A DNA stretch of 64,000 bases from Thermodesulfovibrionales bacterium. Its GTDB lineage: Bacteria > Nitrospirota > Thermodesulfovibrionia > Thermodesulfovibrionales > UBA6898. The position numbers and the translations under genes are program-made. Location of the stretch: positions 1 through 64,000 of the forward strand of contig JBIOIY010000002.1 of the NCBI GenBank assembly GCA_044450345.1, written 5' to 3'. The notes beneath the pieces were generated by a model. That model did not search any database. It was not told the DNA's origin and was given only the letters and a program-made list of their open reading frames with translations. Positions 28,077-37,713 of the stretch are shown here, in pieces. How positions within the stretch are numbered: position 1 is the first letter of the stretch; each line of letters begins with the position of its first letter.

Positions 28077-30347
28077 CTAGTTGGCGGGTGTGAGCGAAAG
28101 CGTCGCTGCGGGGGCGTGACTGAGTGTAACGCCGGAATTTTGCGCGATGACGTCGGTCAGCACGGAGATGCCCTCCTGGATATAAGGGTCTTCCCTCACT
28201 TCCTCGAGCCATATATGCCGTCTCTCTTCATCAGAGAGATTCGAGGTGTCGGGGTCCTTTCCCTTGCCGTCTTTGCCCTTTGATTTTTTTGAATCGTGTT
28301 TCGCCTTCAGCGCCGTCATTGTCTTCCGTTCCTTCTCGGCCTTTTTGAGATTGAGAGACTGAAGTGTGTTTTTCTGTTTTGCGAGCAGTTCCTTGGCTTG
28401 TTCATCGATGTCGATGAACTCCTGCTTTGCACTTACCCTCTTGGCGCTTCTTGCCCTCAGTTCCCGGAGGTCTATCGGATACTGCTTCCATTTCGAATAC
28501 GGAACAGGCTGTATGGTATCCCAGGGAAGGGCAAAATCGAGAAATTGCTCACCGCTCTTGAGGCCCTGGAAAAGGTCCGGCAGTATGATGTCGGGGGTGA
28601 CGCCGCGATACTGGGTGGACTCTCCGGTGATCCTGTAAAATTTCTGTATGGTGAGTCTCAACGCGCCGAGTGATTCGTCCATCTTTATCTCGTCGCCCTT
28701 TTCTCTGCTGTGATATGAAAGGAAGTTATTAAGGTCGATTATCGACTGGACCGTGCCTTTGCCGTGCGTATGCTCGCCGCCCATGACTATAGCACGGCCA
28801 TAGTCCTGGAGCGCTCCCGCAAGTATCTCGGAGGCCGACGCGCTGAACTTGTTTACGAGAATCACCAAGGGGCCGCTATAGCTTAAGGAAGGGTCATCGT
28901 CGGAAAGGATTGAGATCTTGCCGTCGCTGGCTTTCACCTGGACCACGGGACCGGTCTTGATAAACAGTCCGGCCGTCTTTATCGCATCGGTGAGGGCGCC
29001 TCCGCCATTGTTCCTCAGATCGAGGACAAGACCGCTGACCTTTTCGGGGTCTATCTTTTTCAGCTCCTTAACCACATCTTCGGTAACGTTCCGCCCAGTC
29101 CCTCCGTTTCTTGTCTTTTCGAAGTCCCTGTAGAAAGAAGGTATCTTTATATATCCGAAGGTCCTGCCGCTTTTTTCATCCTTCATCACGGCACCCTTCA
29201 CAAATGAATCTTCGAGCTTGATGACATCGCGTGTTATGGAAACCACAAATTGGGCGCCGTCGGGTTTTTTGATGGAGAGTTTTACTTCGGTGCCCTTCTT
29301 CCCCCTGATCAGTTTTATAGCCTCCCTGATGCTCATATAGGTAATGTCTACGGGTTCCTTGTCTTTCTCGCCGACCTTCAGGATGATGTCTTCTGCATGA
29401 ATGCCTCCCTGCTTGGCAGCCGGGCTGCCCGGCACCACGGACGTCACTTTAATATATCCGTCTTCCTCTTTCAAGGTGGCGCCGATGCCTTCGAGGGTCC
29501 CTCTCATCCCTATATCAAAATCCTCCTTGCTCGCAGGAGGCATGTATTCCGTATGGGGATCGAAGGTCCTGGTGATGGCGTTGAAAAAACGTTCATAATT
29601 TTCCATCTCCTTCCTCTCCCGGATCCTCGAGAAAAAGGTCTTATGGTTCCGCAGCACTCTTTCACGGGCGGTTTGCTGAAGCGCCCCGTGCTGCGGCAAC
29701 CCGTTCTTTGCGTCTTTTTCCTTTGCAGAGGCGTCTTCCTGCAAGGTGAGGTACTGTCCGAGCACCTGCAGCTTCAGATATTTCCTCCATCGTTCCCTCA
29801 GGTCCTTCTCCGTCTCGCAGTAAGCGATTTTTTCCGGGTCTGTCTCGTAGTATTCATCTGCCGAAAAATCGAAATCAATCGCAAGGATGTCACCGACCAT
29901 CTTCTCTGCATCGGTCGCCCTGCGGGCAAGGATGTCCGCCGCGAGCAACGGGAGGTCGAATGTGCCGCTCTTTATTTCGTCGTCGATCATAGTGGAATAG
30001 ACCGAGAGCTTCTCTACATCTTCTTTCAGGAGCAGAAGTTTTTGCCCGTCGAGTTGTTTCAGGTACTGAGAAAAGGCCTCTTTCGAAAAAGTATCGTCGA
30101 TCTTCTTGTGGCTGAAATGCAGGTTGCTCAGATCCTGACGGAGGACGAAGGCCAGGACCTTTGCCCTCAGATAGTCGGAACTTTGCGCCTCGCTTCCGTA
30201 AGCGAATGAGCCGACACAGAGCGAAAATATAACGGCGAGGAGGACAACTCCCCTAAAGAGCGCTGAATTCCTTCCTGCTCTCATCGTTGTACCTGTAGGG
30301 GAGTAAGAGGAGTTCCTGCTTCCGGCATGATTACTGATGCATCTCAT
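28077..30347 (-). CDS. prc: Carboxy-terminal processing protease (S41, Prc/Tsp type)
   Basis: FDPHT, PDZ domain (GIGA), DLRNNGGG, SASASEI and GKGTVQ motifs. Alternative start at 30284. Confidence 0.9.
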   Translation of the reverse strand: MRCISNHAGSRNSSYSPTGTTMRAGRNSALFRGVVLLAVIFSLCVGSFAYGSEAQSSDYLRAKVLAFVLRQDLSNLHFSHKKIDDTFSKEAFSQYLKQLDGQKLLLLKEDVEKLSVYSTMIDDEIKSGTFDLPLLAADILARRATDAEKMVGDILAIDFDFSADEYYETDPEKIAYCETEKDLRERWRKYLKLQVLGQYLTLQEDASAKEKDAKNGLPQHGALQQTARERVLRNHKTFFSRIRERKEMENYERFFNAITRTFDPHTEYMPPASKEDFDIGMRGTLEGIGATLKEEDGYIKVTSVVPGSPAAKQGGIHAEDIILKVGEKDKEPVDITYMSIREAIKLIRGKKGTEVKLSIKKPDGAQFVVSITRDVIKLEDSFVKGAVMKDEKSGRTFGYIKIPSFYRDFEKTRNGGTGRNVTEDVVKELKKIDPEKVSGLVLDLRNNGGGALTDAIKTAGLFIKTGPVVQVKASDGKISILSDDDPSLSYSGPLVILVNKFSASASEILAGALQDYGRAIVMGGEHTHGKGTVQSIIDLNNFLSYHSREKGDEIKMDESLGALRLTIQKFYRITGESTQYRGVTPDIILPDLFQGLKSGEQFLDFALPWDTIQPVPYSKWKQYPIDLRELRARSAKRVSAKQEFIDIDEQAKELLAKQKNTLQSLNLKKAEKERKTMTALKAKHDSKKSKGKDGKGKDPDTSNLSDEERRHIWLEEVREDPYIQEGISVLTDVIAQNSGVTLSHAPAATLSLTPAN

Positions 30348-30427
30348 ATTTTTTTATGTTACACATTTTCCGGCTGTATTGGCAAGCAGAGTCCGGGGGT
30401 AGGTCTCACGTGCACAGATGCGGCCCT

Positions 30428-30457
30428 GTAGGGGCGAGGCGGTGCCTCGCCCCTTAC
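30428..30457 (+). repeat. GTAG-family REP palindrome
   Basis: GTAGGGGCGAGGC-GGT-GCCTCGCCCC: GTAG tetranucleotide with a GC-rich 10 bp stem. Confidence 0.65.
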
Positions 30458-30468
30458 CTAGATTTCCA

Positions 30469-30522
30469 TTGACAACCAAAAGCCGCTTCGCCTATAGTAA
30501 AATGTAAGTAAGCGCTAACATT
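30469..30522 (+). promoter_or_regulatory. Sigma70 promoter and probable TetR operator
   Basis: TTGACA-18-TATAGT, then the imperfect inverted repeat AATGTAAGTAAGCGCTAACATT (30501-30522). Confidence 0.6.
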
Positions 30523-30531
30523 AATAGAGAG

Positions 30532-31158
30532 ATGACAAAGGACACGAAGGAGAAGATTTTGGACGCCGGCCTGAGCCTTTTTTCGAAGAAAGGCTATCTA
30601 GGCGCGACCACGAAGGAGATCGCTAAAAAGGCGCGGGTGGCCGAGCTGACGCTCTTCAGGCATTTCTCTTCCAAGGAGAGACTTTTCGAAGAGGCGATCA
30701 AGAGGCGGTCTTTCCTGCCCGCACTTAAGGGTCTCTTGCCTGAGCTGAAGGACCTTGCATATAAGGACGCACTGATCGAGATCGCGAACCGCTATCTGGA
30801 GAGGTTGTCGGAGAGAAGGGACCTTATAAAGATAATGCATTCTGAGATACATTTATATCCTGTAAAGGTGAGGGAGATCCAGCAGAAATTTGTAGGGGAA
30901 ATAGTCGGCACGCTTGCCTCCTATTTCAGGGGCCTTCAGGAAAGGCGTATGTTGAACGACTTTGATCCCGAACTCGGGGCCCGGGCTTTCTTGAGCATGT
31001 TCTTTTCCTATTTTACCTCTCAGGAGTTCGTAGCGGACAAGAAACAGAGGTTTTCCGACAAGGATGAAGTGGTCGGTGAATTCGTGAAGATATTCGTCTC
31101 GGGAACGATGGCGACCGGTCATGTCGCTGATCTACGAAACCGCGGGAAGGCCGACTGA
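30532..31158 (+). CDS. TetR/AcrR family transcriptional regulator
   Basis: N-terminal HTH: LFSKKGY.GATTKEIAKKARVAELTLFRHFSSKE. Confidence 0.95.
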   Translation: MTKDTKEKILDAGLSLFSKKGYLGATTKEIAKKARVAELTLFRHFSSKERLFEEAIKRRSFLPALKGLLPELKDLAYKDALIEIANRYLERLSERRDLIKIMHSEIHLYPVKVREIQQKFVGEIVGTLASYFRGLQERRMLNDFDPELGARAFLSMFFSYFTSQEFVADKKQRFSDKDEVVGEFVKIFVSGTMATGHVADLRNRGKAD

Positions 31159-31234
31159 GTCTCCTTCGGTGAATCAAGCGAATTGAATTTTTTTATAGGT
31201 TTTTGAAAGAGCGAAAAGCAATGTCATAATAATT

Positions 31235-31293
31235 GTCATTCCGGCTTGTCCGGAATCTTTATTCCAGAAGGACTCCCGACAAGCGGGAGTGAC
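31235..31293. repeat. REP-like double hairpin (GTCATT...AGTGAC), copy 2
   Basis: GTCATTCCGGCTTGTCCGGAATCT...GGACTCCCGACAAGCGGGAGTGAC; compensatory changes relative to copy 1. Confidence 0.75.
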
Positions 31294-31367
31294 AGATCAA
31301 GGATAAAAGGCATAGGTCGTTAGATATACAGTAATCATTTTATTATGAAAGGGTCAGGTTTACTGCA

Positions 31368-32570
31368 ATGAAAAAGATTGTTATCGGAATTGCTATTTTG
31401 GCAATTATAGGGGCAGCTGCCTTTTTTGTGCTCGGCAATAAAGGGGGCGTGCCGCAATTCAGGACGGAAAAGATCACGAAGGGAGACTTAACAACGGTGA
31501 TTACCGCAACCGGGACAATGAACGCGGTGACGACCGTCCTTGTGGGCACACAGGTTTCCGGTACGATAAAAACGCTCCATGCGGACTTCAATTCACGCGT
31601 AAAAAAGGGACAGATGATCGCACAGATAGACCCGGCCCTCTTCCAGGCGCAGGTTGAACAGGCCAGGGCGAACCTTGTCACGGCAAAGGCGAACCTGGCA
31701 AAAGCGGAGGTGGCGGTTGTGGACACCCGGAGGACACTGGAGCGGAACCGCCAGCTTTTTTCCAAAAACCTCATCGCGAGGTCCGACCTCGATACGGCCG
31801 AGACCAACTATGACAGCGCCGTCGCCCAGGTGAATGCCAGCAAGGCTCAGGTGGAGCAGGCTGCTGCTGCGCTGAGTACCGCCGTGACAAACCTCGCCTA
31901 CACGCGCATCCTTTCACCGGTCGACGGCATAGTCGTCTCGCGGAATGTGGACGTCGGCCAGACAGTTGCCGCGAGCTTCCAGACGCCTACGCTCTTCAAC
32001 ATCGCTCAGGACCTGACCAAGATGCAGATAGACACGAATGTGGCGGAGGCGGACGTCGGAAGAATAAAGGTCGGGCAGGAGGTTGATTTCACTGTCGACG
32101 CCTATCCCGATACCACCTTCAAGGGCAGGGTGGGGCAGATCAGGATCGCGCCGATCACCGTACAGAATGTCGTCACCTATGACGTGGTCATCGTTGTCGA
32201 CAATCAGCAGCTAAAGCTTATGCCGGGGATGACCGCCAATGTCTCCGTCATAGTGGAGGAAAAGAAAGACGTGCTCAAGGCGCCGAATGCGGCCCTGAGG
32301 TTCAAGCCGACCGATCGGACAAAGGGAGGTCCTGCTGATCTGGCAAAAGGAGGTTCGGCCGCTAAGGCCAAGGGCGGGACCGGCGAAAAGGGGCCCGGAG
32401 TATGGATCATCGAAAACGAAAAACCCAAGCGCATTCGGGTTGGCGTAGGTATAAGTGACGGGAGTTATACGGAACTCGTTTCAGGCGGATTGAAGGAGGG
32501 GCAGGACGTAATAGTAGAGTCCCTTACCAAACCGAAGCAGCAGTCTTCGACAGGACCCAGGATGTTTTAA
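31368..32570 (+). CDS. macA: MacA-like efflux periplasmic adaptor
   Basis: VGTQVSG, alpha-hairpin, SPVDGIV..GQTVAASFQTP and LMPGMTANV motifs. Confidence 0.85.
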   Translation: MKKIVIGIAILAIIGAAAFFVLGNKGGVPQFRTEKITKGDLTTVITATGTMNAVTTVLVGTQVSGTIKTLHADFNSRVKKGQMIAQIDPALFQAQVEQARANLVTAKANLAKAEVAVVDTRRTLERNRQLFSKNLIARSDLDTAETNYDSAVAQVNASKAQVEQAAAALSTAVTNLAYTRILSPVDGIVVSRNVDVGQTVAASFQTPTLFNIAQDLTKMQIDTNVAEADVGRIKVGQEVDFTVDAYPDTTFKGRVGQIRIAPITVQNVVTYDVVIVVDNQQLKLMPGMTANVSVIVEEKKDVLKAPNAALRFKPTDRTKGGPADLAKGGSAAKAKGGTGEKGPGVWIIENEKPKRIRVGVGISDGSYTELVSGGLKEGQDVIVESLTKPKQQSSTGPRMF

Positions 32571-33266
32571 ATGGCGCTCATAGAAGCAAGGGAGATCGAT
32601 AAGACTTACCGGCTTGGCGATTTCGAACTGCATGCACTGGCCCAGGTATCTACTGTTATAGAAAAGGGCGAGTTCGTTGCGGTGATGGGACCTTCAGGAT
32701 CAGGGAAATCAACGTTTATGAATATCATGGGTTGTCTCGACAAGCCGACTGCCGGCCACTATCTCCTTGAAGGGATCGATGTGGGCGGCCTGGACAGGGA
32801 CGAGCTTGCCGGCATAAGGAACAAGAAACTGGGCTTCGTCTTCCAGGGATTCAATCTCCTTGCCCGGACCTCGGCGGTCGAAAACGTCGAACTCCCGATG
32901 CTCTATGACGGCCTTACCGCCAGGGAGAGGCGGAGCAGGGCCATGGAGGCGCTGAAGAGCGTCGGACTCGAAGGGAGAGAAGGGCACCATCCGAACCAGC
33001 TCTCGGGAGGTCAGCAGCAGAGGGTTGCGATTGCGCGGGCGCTTGTGAATAACGCGCCTATCATACTTGCCGACGAGCCCACCGGCAACCTCGATACGAA
33101 AACCAGCGCGGAGATTATGGAACTCTTCGTGAGACTGAATACGAAATCCAGCATTACCATCATCGTCGTCACCCATGAGCCTGATATCGCCACATACAGT
33201 AAGAGGATAATCAAGTTTCTCGACGGGCGCATCATCAGCGATACACACCAAGAGGGAAGGTCATGA
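32571..33266 (+). CDS. MacB-type ABC transporter ATP-binding protein
   Basis: GPSGSGKST, LSGGQQQRVAIARAL and ADEPTGNLD motifs. Confidence 0.95.
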   Translation: MALIEAREIDKTYRLGDFELHALAQVSTVIEKGEFVAVMGPSGSGKSTFMNIMGCLDKPTAGHYLLEGIDVGGLDRDELAGIRNKKLGFVFQGFNLLARTSAVENVELPMLYDGLTARERRSRAMEALKSVGLEGREGHHPNQLSGGQQQRVAIARALVNNAPIILADEPTGNLDTKTSAEIMELFVRLNTKSSITIIVVTHEPDIATYSKRIIKFLDGRIISDTHQEGRS

Positions 33267-34492
33267 TAAATATTCCTTCCACCGTAAAAATATCCCTTAG
33301 GGCCTTGAGGGTGAACAAGATGCGCTCCGCCCTTACCATGCTCGGCATCATCATCGGAGTGGGCGCGGTCATTGCGATGCTTGCCGTCGGTACCGGCGCA
33401 AGCATGCAGATAGCGGCCCAGATTTCAAGCATGGGGAGCAACCTTCTTATTATCCTGCCCGGTGCGACAACATCGGGAGGTGTTAGGATGGGATCGGGCA
33501 CTCAACCTACACTCACCATGGGAGATGCCGAGGCGATACAGAAGGAATCGCCGGCGGTTTCGGATGTCGCCCCTGTGCTGAACGGTGTGGCGCAGGTCGT
33601 GAACGGCCATCAGAACTGGTCGACCGGGGTACAGGGGACCACGCCCGGCATGCTGAACGTTAGGGACTGGCAGCTGTCGTCCGGCAGGCCGTTTACTGAT
33701 CAGGACGTAAAGAGCGCCACAAAGGTCTGCCTGCTGGGACAGACGGTTGTGGACAACCTTTTCGGGGACGAGAACCCGGTAGGGCAGGTCATCAGGATCA
33801 AGTCGGTACCGTTTGTGGTGGCAGGGGTGCTGGCCGAAAAAGGTCAGTCTCCCAACGGCCAGGACCAGGACGATACGATCTATATCCCGGTGACTACAGC
33901 GCAGAAAAAGCTTTTCGGGACCTCTTTCCCGGGCATGGTCCGGATTATCATGGTGAAGGCCAGGAGCGCTGAAGACCTCGGTCCGGCGGAAAAGCAGGTA
34001 ACGGAGCTGATCAGGCAGAGGCACCACATCGGACAGAAACAGGAGAACGATTTTTCGGTCAGGAACCTCACCCAGGTCATGCAGGCGGCTGAACAGTCTA
34101 CCAAGGTGATGACGCTCCTCCTTGGAGCGATAGCCTCGGTCTCCCTCCTTGTCGGCGGCATCGGTATCATGAACATCATGCTCGTCTCAGTGACCGAAAG
34201 GACAAGGGAGATCGGCATCAGGATGGCAATCGGTGCAAAGACATGGGACATAAGGCTGCAGTTCATCATCGAGGCGCTTACTCTTTCGTTGATGGGCGGC
34301 GTAATCGGCATTATCTTCGGGATATCGGGTTCGAAGATAATTGCGATGGTCGCAGGATGGACCACGGTGGTCTCACCTTTGTCGGTAGTGATGGCCTTCG
34401 GTTTTTCAGGCCTCGTCGGAATATTCTTCGGGTTCTATCCGGCTTACAAGGCATCGCTCCTCGACCCGATAGAGGCATTGAGATATGAATAG
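33263..34492 (+). CDS. MacB-type ABC transporter permease
   Basis: RSALTMLGIIIG and VGGIGIMNIMLVSVTERTREIGIR motifs; ends ALRYE. Confidence 0.95.
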   Translation: MINIPSTVKISLRALRVNKMRSALTMLGIIIGVGAVIAMLAVGTGASMQIAAQISSMGSNLLIILPGATTSGGVRMGSGTQPTLTMGDAEAIQKESPAVSDVAPVLNGVAQVVNGHQNWSTGVQGTTPGMLNVRDWQLSSGRPFTDQDVKSATKVCLLGQTVVDNLFGDENPVGQVIRIKSVPFVVAGVLAEKGQSPNGQDQDDTIYIPVTTAQKKLFGTSFPGMVRIIMVKARSAEDLGPAEKQVTELIRQRHHIGQKQENDFSVRNLTQVMQAAEQSTKVMTLLLGAIASVSLLVGGIGIMNIMLVSVTERTREIGIRMAIGAKTWDIRLQFIIEALTLSLMGGVIGIIFGISGSKIIAMVAGWTTVVSPLSVVMAFGFSGLVGIFFGFYPAYKASLLDPIEALRYE

Positions 34493-34517
34493 ACTAGCAT
34501 TTGATTCCACCCCTAAG

Positions 34518-34596
34518 ATAACGCCCCCAGCTCCCTGCCTGCCCTCAGACATGGCGCTCTCCCCCTCTTTAACAAAGAGGGGGGTAGGGGAGTTAT
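34518..34596. repeat. Palindromic repeat element with a nested degenerate CCTGCC mini-palindrome
   Basis: ATAACGCCCC...GGGGAGTTAT outer stem; CCCCCTCTTT-AAC-AAAGAGGGGG inner stem; CCTGCCTGCCCTCAGACATGG at 34534-34554. Confidence 0.55.
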
Positions 34597-35899
34597 GATT
34601 CCTGCGCTTCTCTTGCTGAGCATTGCCGGTGCATTCTTCTCGGTGCATTCCGTATCAGCCGAGGTGTTGACGCTTTCTGAAGGGTTGAGGCTTGTAACCC
34701 AAAACAGCAGACTCATCAGGATATCTCTTGGCGATGAAAAAATATCCGAGGCCGATTCGTGGATCGAAAAAGCCAGGCTATACCCCGCGGTAAACGCAGC
34801 GGCGAGCGGAACCATGCTCGCTCACCAGCCAGGCGCGATATTCGGCGACCTTGCGGTCCCTATGTCACAGAAGGACTTTTATGCATACAGCCTGAACATC
34901 CGGCAGACCCTTTACGATTTCAGGGAGAACGCCTCCAGATACGGGTCGTCCAAAATGAAGGTCGAGGCGAGGAAGCTCGATACGCGCAGGGTCAGGAACC
35001 TTGCGGCGATCGAGTTTGCGGTCATCTATTTCGACATCCTCGAATCAGAGAAGATGGCCTATGTCGCTGAGAAAGAGGTCGAGAGGCTCGAATCCCATCT
35101 GAGAGATGCGAACAACCTCTATGAAGAGGGTGCGATTACGAAGAACGACCTGCTTCAGGCAGAGGTGAGGCTTTCAGACGCAAGGCAGAGGCTCCTGACT
35201 GCAAGGACAGGCAGGGAGATAAATGCCTCCCGTATGAACAATTCACTTGCCAGGCCGCTTAAGACAAAGGTCGAGGTGGTCGACGTGAGGGAAATTCCGC
35301 CGGAGGTCCTGGATATTCACATGGACATGGAAAATGCCTGGGAGGCAGCTGAAAAGCAGAGGCCCGAGATACAGATCGTAGACGCCACGCTCAAATCTCT
35401 CGACCTCGACGAAGAGGCGAAGAAGGCTGAATTCTACCCGAAGCTCTTTGCAGAGGGTTCATACGATTATACCCAGAACCGCTACCAGACGCCCCAGGGG
35501 AATTGGGCCGCCGTCCTCGGTCTCGGCATCAACCTTTTCAGCGGCGGAAAGACAAAGGCCGAAGTGGCGAAGGTCCGGTTCCAGAAGGAGAAGTTGATAG
35601 AGCAGAGGAATCAGCTCGTAGATGAGATAAAACTTGAAGTGGAAAGATATGTCCTCGACTCGAAGACCGCACGGGAGAGGGTACAGGTCACGAAGGACGC
35701 GGTCCTCCAGGCAGAGGAAAATCTGAGAATTAACAGGGTGAGGTATACGGAGGGCGTCGGCACTGCCACTGAAGTCCTCGACGCGGTGACATTGCTCTCC
35801 GTTGCAGAGACGAATTACTATAGATCGGTCTATGACTTAGGGAAGTCAGAGATATCGGTGCTCTATGCGATCGGGAAAGACCTGGTGGAGGTTTATTAA
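34595..35899 (+). CDS. TolC family outer membrane efflux protein
   Basis: Two OEP repeats (YEEGAITKNDLLQAE; YTEGVGTATEVLDA); signal peptide. Confidence 0.9.
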   Translation: MIPALLLLSIAGAFFSVHSVSAEVLTLSEGLRLVTQNSRLIRISLGDEKISEADSWIEKARLYPAVNAAASGTMLAHQPGAIFGDLAVPMSQKDFYAYSLNIRQTLYDFRENASRYGSSKMKVEARKLDTRRVRNLAAIEFAVIYFDILESEKMAYVAEKEVERLESHLRDANNLYEEGAITKNDLLQAEVRLSDARQRLLTARTGREINASRMNNSLARPLKTKVEVVDVREIPPEVLDIHMDMENAWEAAEKQRPEIQIVDATLKSLDLDEEAKKAEFYPKLFAEGSYDYTQNRYQTPQGNWAAVLGLGINLFSGGKTKAEVAKVRFQKEKLIEQRNQLVDEIKLEVERYVLDSKTARERVQVTKDAVLQAEENLRINRVRYTEGVGTATEVLDAVTLLSVAETNYYRSVYDLGKSEISVLYAIGKDLVEVY

Positions 35900-35901
35900 G
35901 T

Positions 35902-36065
35902 AGCTGACAGCGGATAGCGATCAGCATTCAGCTAAGAATAAAGGCATGATGATCGCTTGAAAGATGCGGATAGCATTCAGCAATCAGATGAGAATAGAGG
36001 TGGCATTGAAGACTAGCGGCTTATGGCTTGGAAGGTATTTCGCTGACAGCTGATCGCTGATGGCT
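35902..36065. repeat. Inverted arrays of 7-nt tandem repeats (AGCnnnn / GCTGAnn)
   Basis: AGCTGAC AGCGGAT AGCGATC AGCATTC at 35902; TGCGGAT AGCATTC AGCAATC at 35965; GCTGACA GCTGATC GCTGATG at 36042. Confidence 0.7.
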
Positions 36066-36083
36066 AATAAAGGTGAGGATAAA

Positions 36084-37199
36084 ATGGATGAAATAAAACA
36101 AAACGAGGGTAATCAGCCCGTCAACAACAGCCAAAGTAGAAAGAAGGCAGCCTTGATTGTCTTTGCCGTCCTTGCGATCATCGGCGCCGTCGTAGTCTTT
36201 TTTTATTTGCAGTATAAGAGCACTCATATCACCACAGACGACGCGTTTATAGACGGGCATATCCATACGATAGCGGCAAAGATAAATGGGACGGTGAAGA
36301 CGGTCTTTGTGGAACATAATCAATTGGTCAAGCAGGGTGACATCCTTGTCGAGGTAGATCCGATTGATTACGATGTTAAGGTAAACGAGGCAGCATCTGC
36401 AGTCAATGCGGAAAAGGCAAAGCTTACCGAAAGGGAGGCGGGGATTGAGGCCTCGAAGAAATTACTGGCAGAGCTTGGGGCAAGACTTGAGGCCGCAAAA
36501 GCGAACCTGCAACTTCAGGAGGCCAACTTTAAGCAGGCCGAGATTGATGTGCGCCGGGCCGAGGGGCTTTTCAAAAAAGATACAATCTCGAAAGAGAGAC
36601 TCGAAAGGGTGCAGACCGCATTCGATGTCTCAAAGGCACAGGTCAAGTCAGCAAGGGAACTCCTGAAGCAGGCCGAGGTTGCGCTCGAAACCCAGCGGGC
36701 CATGGTCAAGCAATCAGAGGCCGCAAGAGCGACGCAATCGGCAACTGTGAAGCAAAAGGAAGCAACCTTAGAAACAGCAAAGCTGAATTCGGGCTATACA
36801 AAGGTTGTTGCGCCGATAGATGGTTATGTGACGAAGAAGTCTGTAGAGGTGGGCAACCAAATACAGGCGGGACAGCCTATCATGGCGGTTGTACCCCTTA
36901 GCGATATTTATTTGACTGCGAATTACAAAGAGACCCAGCTTGAGAAGGTGAGGCCGGGCCAGAAAGTTGATATCAAGGTCGATACGTATCCGGGGAAGAT
37001 ATTTAAAGGTAAGGTCGAAAGCATCATGGCCGGTACCGGCGCGGTGTTTTCCTTGTTCCCACCGGAGAATGCTACGGGGAATTTTGTGAAGGTTGTCCAG
37101 AGGATACCGGTCAAGATTGTGTTTGATAAGGATACCGACCCCGAGCATGTGTTGAGAATGGGGATGTCGGTGGAGCCGACGGTGATTGTGGAAAAATAG
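36084..37199 (+). CDS. emrA: EmrA/HlyD family multidrug efflux adaptor
   Basis: TTDDAFIDG, ANYKETQL and FSLFPPENATGNFVKVVQRIPV motifs; GAGG SD before ATG 36084. Confidence 0.9.
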   Translation: MDEIKQNEGNQPVNNSQSRKKAALIVFAVLAIIGAVVVFFYLQYKSTHITTDDAFIDGHIHTIAAKINGTVKTVFVEHNQLVKQGDILVEVDPIDYDVKVNEAASAVNAEKAKLTEREAGIEASKKLLAELGARLEAAKANLQLQEANFKQAEIDVRRAEGLFKKDTISKERLERVQTAFDVSKAQVKSARELLKQAEVALETQRAMVKQSEAARATQSATVKQKEATLETAKLNSGYTKVVAPIDGYVTKKSVEVGNQIQAGQPIMAVVPLSDIYLTANYKETQLEKVRPGQKVDIKVDTYPGKIFKGKVESIMAGTGAVFSLFPPENATGNFVKVVQRIPVKIVFDKDTDPEHVLRMGMSVEPTVIVEK

Positions 37200-37206
37200 T
37201 GTTTGA

Positions 37207-37482
37207 TCATAAAATCACTCGGGGATATGAATGACAAAGCCAGACTAAAACAGTTGACACTATCGGCCCAACGAGCAACAAAAGAATCATCCACGGATCA
37301 TTGAGTTGCACTAATCCAGTAATGGTAATGGCTAAAATTGCCCATGCGGTGGTAACAAAAAATTTGAAAAGGGAGACAAATCTGTCAGCATGTGCAGAGA
37401 GCTCATTGTAGTGGATTGATAGAAGAGTCATTAGGCTCTCTTGTGTTAATCTAACGCCTTTATTGTCCGAATGCCAAGTCAT
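37207..37482 (-). CDS. Hypothetical membrane protein, likely a fragment, in an AT-rich segment
   Basis: 91 aa ORF with two hydrophobic stretches; no recognisable motif. Confidence 0.35.
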   Translation of the reverse strand: MTWHSDNKGVRLTQESLMTLLSIHYNELSAHADRFVSLFKFFVTTAWAILAITITGLVQLNDPWMILLLLVGPIVSTVLVWLCHSYPRVIL

Positions 37483-37713
37483 TTCATAACCACTTTAAAG
37501 TGTTTCCCGCGCTCTGTGGTCTTGGTATTAATGCATTGTTGAAATCCAACAATGTTACTCTAATCTACCGTTATCCGATTTGACTGTTAATCATTAAGTA
37601 TTGCAGAATTATCTTATTGTGTGCGTGAAGTGGCGGGGCCTGGCTTTGTTTATTTGTTTTTACTGCAATGGCGGGCTTGGGCAATGGGAGCTCATATATG
37701 TTTAGATCATCCC

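Noticed and set aside
32320..32385. Three KGG-containing units in the MacA C-terminal linker
   Set aside because: Ordinary low-complexity linker variation.
35194..35215. CCTGACTG-CAAGGA-CAGGCAGG inside tolC, resembling the mini-palindrome
   Set aside because: 22 nt with a mismatch, in a regular helical TolC segment with no apparent insertion; likely chance.
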